Source: an uncultured bacterium
Lineage (GTDB): Bacteria; UBP14; UBA6098; B30-G16
Assembly (NCBI GenBank): GCA_965552135.1
Contig: CBEVQY010000015.1
Coordinates: 1-58,172, forward strand
Length of the DNA: 58,172 bases
Reading direction: 5' to 3'
Shown here one piece after another: positions 18,660 to 27,700 of this stretch. Both the position numbers and the translations under genes were made by a program. The first letter of the stretch is position 1; every line of letters starts with the position of its first letter. The notes beneath the pieces are model-generated. The model saw nothing but the letters and a program-made list of their open reading frames with translations. It searched no databases and had not been told where the DNA came from.

Positions 18660-19913
18660 ATGGGGCAAACGATAGCGCAGAAGATCCTCGCTGCGCACAG
18701 CGGGCTTGCCGAGGTCGAGGTCGGACAGATAGTCACGGCAAAACCCGACTTCGTCCTCTCGCACGACAACACGGCCGCCATAAAGAAGACCTTCGCCAAG
18801 CTCCCTACAGACAGGGTCTTCGACCCCCAGATGCCCGTTATTGTGCTTGATCACACGGTGCCACCGTCGACGGCAGAGTACGCCAACAACCACAAGCAGA
18901 TAAGGGAGTTCGTGCACGAGCAGGGCATAGTCCACTTCTTCGACGTTGGCAGGGGGATCTGCCACCAGGTTCTCTGCGAGGAGGGCTTTGCTTTCCCGGG
19001 CGGCTTGATTCTCGGCGCCGACTCCCACACGACGACCTACGGCGCCTTCGGCGCTGCGGCAGCAGGCATCGGCAGAAGTGAGGTCGCAGCCGTATGGGCA
19101 ACGGGCGAGATGTGGCTTATGGTCCCGCCGACGATAAAGATCGAGCTTTCGGGAAAGCTGCCCGAGCGCGTGACCTCGAAGGATGTGATCCTCCACATAA
19201 TCGGCGACATCGGCGCCGACGGCGCTTTGTACAGGTCGGTCGAGTTTGTGGGGGACGCCGTTGAGCGGATGACTTTAGCAAGCAGAATGGTCCTCTCCAA
19301 CATGGCGGTCGAGATGGGCGCGAAATTCGGCATCATCCCTCCCGACGAGAAGGTTGATCAGTTCCTTTCCGGCAGGGCGCGCAAACCGTACGAAAAGGTC
19401 TTCGCCGACGACGACGCCGAGTACGAAAAGGTTTTGCGCTACGATGTATCCGGGATCGTTCCCGTCGTTGCCGCTCCGCACAACGTCGACAACGTGGTTC
19501 CCGCCAGCGAGGCAGCCGGCAGGAGGGTTGATCAGGTGGTCATAGGCGGCTGCACCAACGGCAGGGCGGAGGATTTCCGCATGGCAGCCGAGATACTTGC
19601 GGGCAGACGCATCGCGAAGGGAACGAGGCTCCTTCTCTTCCCCGCAAGCAGCCTCGTTCTCTCCGAGATCATAGCCGACGGCACGGCGGTGAAGCTGATA
19701 GACGCAGGGGCGATTTTGCTCAACCCCGGCTGCGGACCATGCCTGGGGGCGCACGAAGGCGTCCTCGCCGACGGTGAGGTCGCTGTAACCACGTTCAACA
19801 GAAACTTTAAGGGCAGGATGGGCAACCGCAACGCCGAAATCTACCTCGCAAGCCCATACACCGCCGCAGCGGCTGCACTAACGGGGGAAATCGTCGACCC
19901 AAGGGAGGTGTAA
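18660..19913 (+). CDS. leuC: 3-isopropylmalate dehydratase/homoaconitase large subunit (LeuC/HacA-type aconitase family)
   Basis: MGQTIAQKIL, GICHQV, GADSHTTTYGA, GGCTNGR, PGCGPCLG, NRNFKGRMG, YLASP. Substrate cannot be determined from sequence. Confidence 0.85.
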   Translation: MGQTIAQKILAAHSGLAEVEVGQIVTAKPDFVLSHDNTAAIKKTFAKLPTDRVFDPQMPVIVLDHTVPPSTAEYANNHKQIREFVHEQGIVHFFDVGRGICHQVLCEEGFAFPGGLILGADSHTTTYGAFGAAAAGIGRSEVAAVWATGEMWLMVPPTIKIELSGKLPERVTSKDVILHIIGDIGADGALYRSVEFVGDAVERMTLASRMVLSNMAVEMGAKFGIIPPDEKVDQFLSGRARKPYEKVFADDDAEYEKVLRYDVSGIVPVVAAPHNVDNVVPASEAAGRRVDQVVIGGCTNGRAEDFRMAAEILAGRRIAKGTRLLLFPASSLVLSEIIADGTAVKLIDAGAILLNPGCGPCLGAHEGVLADGEVAVTTFNRNFKGRMGNRNAEIYLASPYTAAAAALTGEIVDPREV

Positions 19914-19931
19914 AACAAGAAAGGAGCGGAT

Positions 19932-21383
19932 ATGTCGGCTGTGGGAATAGGCTTCCTCATCTACCTTGTGGCGATCCTTGTGGTGGGTGTGTTGACGTCG
20001 AAGCTTATGAAGACCCTCCCCGACTACCTTCTAGCTGGTCGGAGGCTGGGTCCGTGGGTCGTTGCCTTTTCGGAGCGTGCATCAGGCGAAAGCGGCTGGA
20101 TGCTTTTGGGTCTCACCGGGCTTGCCTACGCCACGGGGCTTGGCGATCCGTCGGGCACAAAGCTCGAGCCCGCCTTCTGGACGGCGGTGGGAGGGGTTTT
20201 GGGGATCGTCGCCTCGTGGCTTCTGGTTGCCAAAAGACTCCGCGCCGAAAGCGAGCGGCTTGGCGCGCTGACAATACCCCGCTTCTTCGAGCTCAAGTTC
20301 AGGGGCAACGACCCCACGATACGCATGATCGCCACAGCCATAATCGTCTTCTGCTTCACCTTTTACATCGCAGCGCAGTTCGACGCGGCGGGCAAGTCGC
20401 TGGGACAGGCGTTCGGATGGCCCCACCTGGCTGGGGTGCTCGTCGGCGCCGCGATCATCGTGTTCTACACACTTATGGGTGGCTTCTTCGCCGTCGCGTG
20501 GACAGACTTCATCCAGGGCTGGATTATGCTTATAACCCTCGTTGTGCTTCCGCTCTACACCCTCGCCCACCTGGGCGGGTGGAGCGGTCTTTCGAGCAAA
20601 ATATCCCAAATCGACCCGGCGCTCCTCTCCATAACGGGGCACAGGACCGGCTGGCGGCTGATCTCGGGCATACTCGGCGGGCTCGGCGTTGGACTCGGCT
20701 ATTGCGGGCAGCCTCACCTCGTCGTGCGGTATATGAGCATCCGCTCGCCGAAGGACATAAACGTCGCAAGGACGATCGCGTTCGTCTGGGCGGTTTTGGC
20801 GTACGGCGGAGCGGTCCTTATGGGGCTTGTGGCGCTGGGGGTCTTCGGGCAGGGATATTTTTCCGACCCCGAGAGGATGATGCCGGAGCTTGCGAAGACG
20901 ATGTTCCCCGCCTGGTTCGCGGGGATACTGATAAGCGGCTCCCTCGCAGCAATGATGTCCACGGCAGACTCGCAGCTTCTGGTCACAACGTCGGCGCTGT
21001 CGGAGGATATCTACCACCAGACCATAAACCCTAAGGCTGATCAGAGGAAGCTTGTGCGCATATCGAGGTTCCTGACCTTCGCCATCGGCGTTATAGCCAT
21101 CGCGCTGTCGTATCTGCCACACTCGATCTTCAGGAAGGTTTTGTTCGCCTGGAGTGGTCTTGGCGCTGCGTTTGGACCTGCGCTGGTCCTCTCGCTGTGG
21201 TGGAAGAAGACCACGCGCACAGGCGTTATCGCGGGCATGCTCACGGGATTTGTGACCGTAATTATCTGGGATAACTCACCTCTGGCGAAGCAACTCTACT
21301 CGCTCGTCCCCGCTTTTGCCCTCGCGCTTGCGGCGGTGGTGATAGGGAGCCTGCTTACACAGAAAGAGGGAACCGAAGGCTAA
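19932..21383 (+). CDS. putP: Sodium/proline symporter (SSS family)
   Basis: DYLLAGRRLGP, ESGWMLLGLTG, GGFFAVAWTDFIQG, GQPHLVVRYM, AMMSTADSQLL, AWSGLGAAFGP. Confidence 0.9.
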   Translation: MSAVGIGFLIYLVAILVVGVLTSKLMKTLPDYLLAGRRLGPWVVAFSERASGESGWMLLGLTGLAYATGLGDPSGTKLEPAFWTAVGGVLGIVASWLLVAKRLRAESERLGALTIPRFFELKFRGNDPTIRMIATAIIVFCFTFYIAAQFDAAGKSLGQAFGWPHLAGVLVGAAIIVFYTLMGGFFAVAWTDFIQGWIMLITLVVLPLYTLAHLGGWSGLSSKISQIDPALLSITGHRTGWRLISGILGGLGVGLGYCGQPHLVVRYMSIRSPKDINVARTIAFVWAVLAYGGAVLMGLVALGVFGQGYFSDPERMMPELAKTMFPAWFAGILISGSLAAMMSTADSQLLVTTSALSEDIYHQTINPKADQRKLVRISRFLTFAIGVIAIALSYLPHSIFRKVLFAWSGLGAAFGPALVLSLWWKKTTRTGVIAGMLTGFVTVIIWDNSPLAKQLYSLVPAFALALAAVVIGSLLTQKEGTEG

Positions 21384-21416
21384 GCGCCCGCCTGCGAGAA
21401 AACGGTCGGTTGCTCG

Positions 21417-22175
21417 ATGGGGCTTGCGTTCTTCATATCCGACGCGCATATTGGCGCAGAAGACGAAGATAGGCGTGAGCGCAAAAACCGCATGCTCGCA
21501 AAGTTCTTTGAGAAGGTCTATCGCGAGGGCGAAGTGCTTTTCATCGTCGGCGACTTCTTCGACTTCTGGTTCGACTACAAAGCCGTCCTCTTCACGGAAC
21601 ACTTCGAGGCTCTGTGTTGGCTTCACAGACTTGCCCAGAGAGGGGTTGAGCTTCACGTCTTCGGCGGGAACCACGACTGGTGGTTCAGGGACGACGGGTT
21701 CTTTGCCCAAAAGCTTTCGGCAAAGATCTACAGGGAGCCGAGCGTAGTCGAGCTTTTTGGTCGGAGGTTTCTCATCGGTCACGGCGACGGGCTTGCGAGG
21801 TCCGACTGGAGCTACAGGCTTCTTCTCCGACCCCTCCTGCGGAACAGGCTTTTGGTCTCCCTTTTCAGGCTTGTTCCCGCCGAGTGGGCGAGGGCGCTTG
21901 CTCGTCTGGTCTCGGCTGGCAGCAGAACCTGCGCCGAAAAATACGACCTGAAGCGAAAGCGGAACGAACGCTTCGAACCGGAGTACGAGGAGTTCGCCAG
22001 GCGCGCCCTGGCGGAAGACGTCGACTTCGTCGTGCTGGGGCACCTGCACATCCCTGTCGTCAAGGAGTTTGAGGGCGGCGTGTACGTTAACCTCGGCGAC
22101 TTCTTCGAAAACTTTACCTACGGAAGATACGACGGCGACACAGGCCGGTTCGAGCTTTTGAGGATCGAGCCCTGA
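21417..22175 (+). CDS. lpxH: UDP-2,3-diacylglucosamine diphosphatase (LpxH-like)
   Basis: FISDAHIG, GDFFDFW, GNHD, HGDG, GHLH, NLGDF metallophosphoesterase motifs. Confidence 0.85.
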   Translation: MGLAFFISDAHIGAEDEDRRERKNRMLAKFFEKVYREGEVLFIVGDFFDFWFDYKAVLFTEHFEALCWLHRLAQRGVELHVFGGNHDWWFRDDGFFAQKLSAKIYREPSVVELFGRRFLIGHGDGLARSDWSYRLLLRPLLRNRLLVSLFRLVPAEWARALARLVSAGSRTCAEKYDLKRKRNERFEPEYEEFARRALAEDVDFVVLGHLHIPVVKEFEGGVYVNLGDFFENFTYGRYDGDTGRFELLRIEP

Positions 22176-22180
22176 TAGAT

Positions 22181-23464
22181 ATGGGGCGCAAGCCGAACAT
22201 ACTCGTGGTGGGTCTCTTTTGGGGCGACGAGGGCAAGGCGAAGATCGTCGACTTTTTGACCGACGACGCTAACCTCGTCCTCCGCTACCAGGGCGGCGCA
22301 AACGCGGGGCACTCCGTCGAGATAGACGGAGAGAGATTCGTCCTGCACCAGGTTCCAACGGGGATCCTCCACCCCGGCAAGCTTTGCGTTTTGGGCGCGG
22401 GCATGGTTTTGGACCTTCCTGCGCTCCTCGATGAGCTTGAGGGGCTTCGACGTCGTGGCGTGGAGTGGCGCGGGAGGCTTCTTGTAAGCCCGCGGGCACA
22501 CCTCGTGCTGCCACACCACAAGATAATGGAGCAGGTTCAGGACGAGCGGGCTGGCATAGGCACAACGCGCCGCGGCATCGGACCGGCGTATATGACGAAA
22601 GCCGCGCGGATAGGCATCCGCGTGGGCGATGCCCTCGTCGGAAGGGAGCACCTGACGCGCCTTTTGGACAGATGGCTCGCCGAGATCGGCTCCATGTTCG
22701 AGAGGGCGCACAACGTAAGCTTCCCTCCGACGGACGAGGTTGTGGACGAGATCCTCCGGAGCGCCGAGGCGCTGCGGGGCTGCATAAAGCCGATAAGCCC
22801 TGTGGTCGACGACGTTGCCAGGAGGGCGGGCGGCGTCCTCGCGGAAGGCGCCCAGGGAACCATGCTTTCGATCAACTGGGGGACGTATCCCTTCGTCACG
22901 AGCTCCGAGACGACGGCCGGCGGCGCGTCCGAGGGTGTTGGCGTGGATATCAGGCTTTTCGACACGGTGATAGGTGTTGCCAAGGCGTTCTGCACCCGCG
23001 TTGGGAACGGTCCCTTCCCCACCGAAGGGGACGACGCGCTTCAGTCGCGCCTGCGCGGAACGGGCGAGCACGCATACGACGAGTTCGGCTCGACCACCGG
23101 TCGACCGCGCCGATGCGGATGGCTCGACGGCGTCATACTTCGCTACTCCTGCCGCATCAACGGCGTCGACGCCGTCGCACTGACGAAGCTCGACGTCCTG
23201 TCGGGTATCGACCCACTGATGATCTCGGTGGAGTACGAGGGCTACAAGACCGTTCCCGCAACCTCCGCCGAGCTCGGGAGGGTTAAGCCAAGGTACGAAA
23301 CGCTCCCCGGCTGGCAGGAGGACATCTCACACATTCGCTCGTTCGATGCGCTCCCCGAAAACGCAAGGCGTTACGTCGCCTTCGTGGAAAAGCTCGCCGG
23401 CGCACCGGTGAAATACATAGGCGTCGGTCCAGGTCGAAACGACATCATAGTGCGCAATATATGA
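22181..23464 (+). CDS. purA: Adenylosuccinate synthetase
   Basis: WGDEGKAK, GGANAGH, IGTTRRGIGPAY, EGAQG, GTYPFVTSS, TTGRPRRCGWLD, TKLDVL. Confidence 0.97.
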   Translation: MGRKPNILVVGLFWGDEGKAKIVDFLTDDANLVLRYQGGANAGHSVEIDGERFVLHQVPTGILHPGKLCVLGAGMVLDLPALLDELEGLRRRGVEWRGRLLVSPRAHLVLPHHKIMEQVQDERAGIGTTRRGIGPAYMTKAARIGIRVGDALVGREHLTRLLDRWLAEIGSMFERAHNVSFPPTDEVVDEILRSAEALRGCIKPISPVVDDVARRAGGVLAEGAQGTMLSINWGTYPFVTSSETTAGGASEGVGVDIRLFDTVIGVAKAFCTRVGNGPFPTEGDDALQSRLRGTGEHAYDEFGSTTGRPRRCGWLDGVILRYSCRINGVDAVALTKLDVLSGIDPLMISVEYEGYKTVPATSAELGRVKPRYETLPGWQEDISHIRSFDALPENARRYVAFVEKLAGAPVKYIGVGPGRNDIIVRNI

Positions 23465-23624
23465 TCCCCGCCTTGGGCGGCGTCTCCTGGGCGCGCGAAA
23501 CACCCCAAAATTCCTATTGCCGCGACCCTAACGAGGGCGCAAACGGCTCCCCCACTCTCATAAATAAATCCTTCCACACAGGGCACCCGCAACATGCCCG
23601 CCCAAAGAGCCGACGGGAGCACTG

Positions 23625-24695
23625 CTACGGCGTTCGCCGACGAGCCTTAAGCTGAACGGTGAACTGGTACACCGTTGTGTCGCCGTAGACGCTGACCGAC
23701 GTGGGGAGCAGAACCTGTAGCCAAAGGTTCTCGCTGAAGGCTGTGGAGTCGCCGCTGGAGTAGCTGTAAAGGACTCCGTGGGTGGGTCCGCCGTAGTAGC
23801 CGGCATCGGCGAAGATGAAGGTATCCCTCACGGCGTCAGTGCTTGTGTACGTAAGCGGTGGTCTCGGATCGTCGCTGAAGTGAGCCCTGAGCGCGAAGGT
23901 GTCCTTTCCTGCGAAGTCGGCGAGGGTCCAAACGGGATTGTGGTGCGCGGTGTCCTCGGCGACGGGGAAGCCCCGCAGAGCCAGTGTTAGCGTGTCGTCG
24001 CCAAGGTTCTTAATCACAAGGACATCGGCGCTGTCCATGGAGACCGTCTGCCCGGGGTCAGCGGTGTCCGCCGACCAAATAGGCAAGCCGGAGTTGGGAT
24101 TGTAAACCATAAACGATATCGCCGCAGGGACGTACTTCGTCTTCTGGTCGTAGCTCGGGTGATCAGGTTCCTCGTTCGTCGCAAGGTCGTAGGCTTTGAC
24201 GCGGAAGTAATAGGTTGTGTCCTCCCTCACGACGACGGGGCTTGTTGGGCCAAAAACCGCGCTCGTGAACGAAACGCCGGTGTACCAATCGTACCAAACG
24301 GTGGAGTCGTTTACTGCGTACTGGACGTCGTAGTACCTTATGCCCCAGCCCTCTCCGTCCTCGATGGTTGTATCAACGCCGCCCCAGGAGACCACGAAGG
24401 ATGGCGAATGCGTTATCGTGTCCATCGAATCGATCCAGGACGTCGGATACCGCAGGTCAAGCTCAACGAATCTGTATCCCGGATACAGGACGTAGCTTGA
24501 GAGGTCTGTCAGGATCGTGTCGGTTTCGGATGTTCCCCTTCCCACGTTGTCGGCAAGCTTGTAGGGACCACCCCACCTTGCGTTAGGGAACTCGGTTCCG
24601 CCGTTTGTGAACGCTCCCCAGCTCAGGTTATAGGTTTGCCCGAACGCCAACGCCACCAGGAGAACGACGCCTACTGGTAAGGTCAACCTAACCAT
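23625..24695 (-). CDS. Secreted beta-rich protein: N-terminal YxLSW..GG..Y.L domain, FN3/Ig-like domain, C-terminal Ig/fimbrial-like domain
   Basis: GGAGGT RBS; signal peptide ending AFG-Q; FVVSW..YDVQY..YYFRVKAYD.A.NEE FN3-like signature. Confidence 0.8.
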   Translation of the reverse strand: MVRLTLPVGVVLLVALAFGQTYNLSWGAFTNGGTEFPNARWGGPYKLADNVGRGTSETDTILTDLSSYVLYPGYRFVELDLRYPTSWIDSMDTITHSPSFVVSWGGVDTTIEDGEGWGIRYYDVQYAVNDSTVWYDWYTGVSFTSAVFGPTSPVVVREDTTYYFRVKAYDLATNEEPDHPSYDQKTKYVPAAISFMVYNPNSGLPIWSADTADPGQTVSMDSADVLVIKNLGDDTLTLALRGFPVAEDTAHHNPVWTLADFAGKDTFALRAHFSDDPRPPLTYTSTDAVRDTFIFADAGYYGGPTHGVLYSYSSGDSTAFSENLWLQVLLPTSVSVYGDTTVYQFTVQLKARRRTP

Positions 24696-24718
24696 TTATC
24701 CCACCTCCCTTCGCTCGA

Positions 24719-27700
24719 TTACGGCAGCTGCCCTGGCTGCGAGCCGCCTGTCCATATTGTGCCGTTGCTTTGCGTGTTGAACGCCCCGCTGAAGGCTCCG
24801 GTGCCTGCGGGCGTATACGAATCGAGCACGTTGTAGCTCGCGACCACGCTCGATGTAGCAACGCTGTTGAGGTCGACGCCTGCGCCGCTTGTGCCGCTGC
24901 CGACAACGAAGTTCCTCAGGATCTGCGTCCCGCCGGCGTTGACCCAGATGCCGTTGATGTACGCATTCACGACGATGTTGTCCTCGATCACGCCTTGGCA
25001 CAAAAGCCTTATGCCATCGCCGGCTGTGCCGCCAAAGGCGCCGACCGTCGTGTTTATCTTGTTGTCCTTGATGTAGATCTCGCCGTTGGGACCCGACACA
25101 GTGATGCCTATGCCGCAGCTGTCGAGCACGTTGCTAATAACCTCAAACGGACCCGAGCCGTTTATCGAGTAAACCCCGTAGTCCGGTGAGTACTTTATCA
25201 CGTTCGAACTTACTTCTCCGGCGCACTGATCGAGCCAAATGCCGCCCCCGATAATGGTGTTCGACGTGATGAACACGGTCTGATTCGTTATATTCAGCGC
25301 CCTTGTGCCTCCAACGCTGACGAAGTTCCCCTCGAAGTGGAAGAGCGAAAGTGCTCCGGGGTTTACGAAGTCGACCGCAAACGCCCCCGAAAGCTCAAAC
25401 CTGTTCCCGATGATCGAGGGAGCGACATCTCCGTCCAGCATAATGGCAGCAACGTATCCCGAGAAGTTGTTGTTCGCAATGAGGGGCGCCGACAGCCCCG
25501 TCGAGTTGGCGACAATTATCTGACAGTCGGTGAACTCGTTGCCCTCGATCAGGGGGTTCGAGGCATCCATGTAGATGTACGAGGAGCTTGCCAGGTTGTC
25601 CTGTATTATGCAGCTGTTGCTTGCGGCAGACACAAGCACCAGGCTGTCGCTTTCGAGGACGCAGTCCGTTACGTGGCAGTTCGCCGTCCCGAAGTTTATC
25701 ACCGCGTTGCGGATCTCCATCCCGCTTATGCTGGTGTTGGAGCTGAGCGTAATTGTGTTCCCGTTCATATCGAGCACCACGGCGCTTCTGCAAACGCCCC
25801 GCAGCTGAACGTACGCGGGAACGGTTATGTTTCCGCCCTCCACGTACTTGCCGGGCTTGACCTCCACGACCCACCGCAGCGAGTCGGAGGAGGACGATAT
25901 CGCCGCAAGCGCGGCTGAGATCGACGTGTAGTCGCCGCCCTGGAGGGCAACGGTTATCACGTTTGCGGGCTTAGACGGCGTTCCCGGAGGGCGCAGCTTG
26001 ACGACAAAATCGCCGTGCGCAGGGTGATGGAAGAAGAGCGTATCTCCGTCGCTCCAGAGCCCGGGATCAGCCATCGACGGCGCAGAGCTCTGCGGCGTAA
26101 ACGACACATACGTCGGATCCACACCGCCAACGACGGTGAGCTTGCCGGGAACATAGGCGTTGCCAGCCTCGTCGACGGTGAAGACATCGGTCCCAACAGA
26201 GTTCTGGACCCTGAACGTATCGCCGCCGTCGTTGTCGACGTCGAGCCTGCAGATAAAGTCGCCGTTGGACTGGAAGAGCCCGTTGTCGGAGTGGAAGACG
26301 CCGGATCCCAGGGCTACGTTGCCGCTGGGCGACCAGTAGTTGCCGTCGTTCCAGATGCCGTTTCCGCCGCCGGAGTGGCTTACGTACAGCGCAGCGCTCG
26401 ATGCGTCGTCGGCAAACAGAGACAGCGCACCGTTTGAAGCACCAACGGCGTTTACCTCAACAGCACCCGCATCCGCTACAATGGTCCTTCCGGCTCCACT
26501 GCCGCCGCAGTCGTAAGCGCCGTCGAGCGTAACGCAGCCACCCCCTCCTCCGCCGCCGCTTATAACCTGGTCGGACGTGCCGTCCCAGAAGTGGAGCTGC
26601 GCAGGGGAGCCGTCGTCCACCCAGATGCCCGGCGTAGGCATCGCGGGCGCGGAACCCTGCGGCGTGAGGGATAAATACGTCGGGTCAATGCCGCCGGAGA
26701 CCGTAAGCTTCCCGCCGATGTAAACGTTTCGGGCAACATACAGGCTGCCAGCCTCAACTATAACCCGCTCGTCGGAGATGTCGGCAAGTCGCACGTTGTC
26801 GATGTAAACGTCGTTGCCGTAGTCACCCGTGAAGAGGAAGCCTATCCTCAGGTCGGTCGCAGAATTGACCGATGCAGGAAGGTAGCAGTAAATCGTCTCC
26901 CAAAAGTCCCCTGCCGAGGAGTAACGGTAATAGGTCTGGACATCGTTCCAGGTCGTGCCGCCGTCGGTGGAGTATTGAACGACAACGTTGTCGGTTGCTG
27001 TGGGATATGAGTCGTCGTGGAACATATCGAACACAACAGCCGGCGAGGTATACCCAAGCGCGGTCATATCGGTTCCAGCTGTCTGGAACAGTCTCATCTG
27101 CGAGCCTGTGGAGCAGGTGTAGGAGTTAAACCTGACAAGCAGCGTTCCCGCAGCGGGCGAGTAACCGTAAGGATGCTTCGTGATCCCTTCGTATGTGATC
27201 ATTGGTTCGGTGGCGCCCGCTGCAACCGTCACGGTGTCCCAACCTGCAGGCGGCGTGGTCGAGTCGGAAACGTCCTCAAAACTCTCGCTCCAGGCCATGG
27301 CAAGGGTGTTGTAGTCTCCAAACCTGCCTGCGCCGCTTATCCAGAAGTCGGCGGTCTGGGCAGAGCTTATCTGATTCCGGATGTAGTCGCCCGGCGAACC
27401 GAACGTGTCCACCGAAGCCTTGAGCTCATCTATCGCTTCCTGCACGTTTGCGGCAGAAAGACCGCTTGCGGAGTTGTCGTATCCAACTATCGCAGCGCCG
27501 CCGCTTGTGCGCAAACCAACGCCGTCGAACAAAACATCGCCCGACGGAGTGTTGAGCTCAAGGTTGCCCGAAGAACCGTTGGCAACTATCGAAGGCGCCG
27601 GAGTGCTGTAAGTTATATAGTAAATCCTTATGTTGTCCACCATCCAGTAATACGCCCAGCTTCCGCCGTCGTCGTACTTGAACTTTATCTGGAAGTTGGC

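Noticed and set aside
23465..23624. ncRNA in the convergent intergenic gaps after purA (and 34087-34222)
   Set aside because: Only short GC hairpins are present, with no recognisable RNA family motif or promoter.
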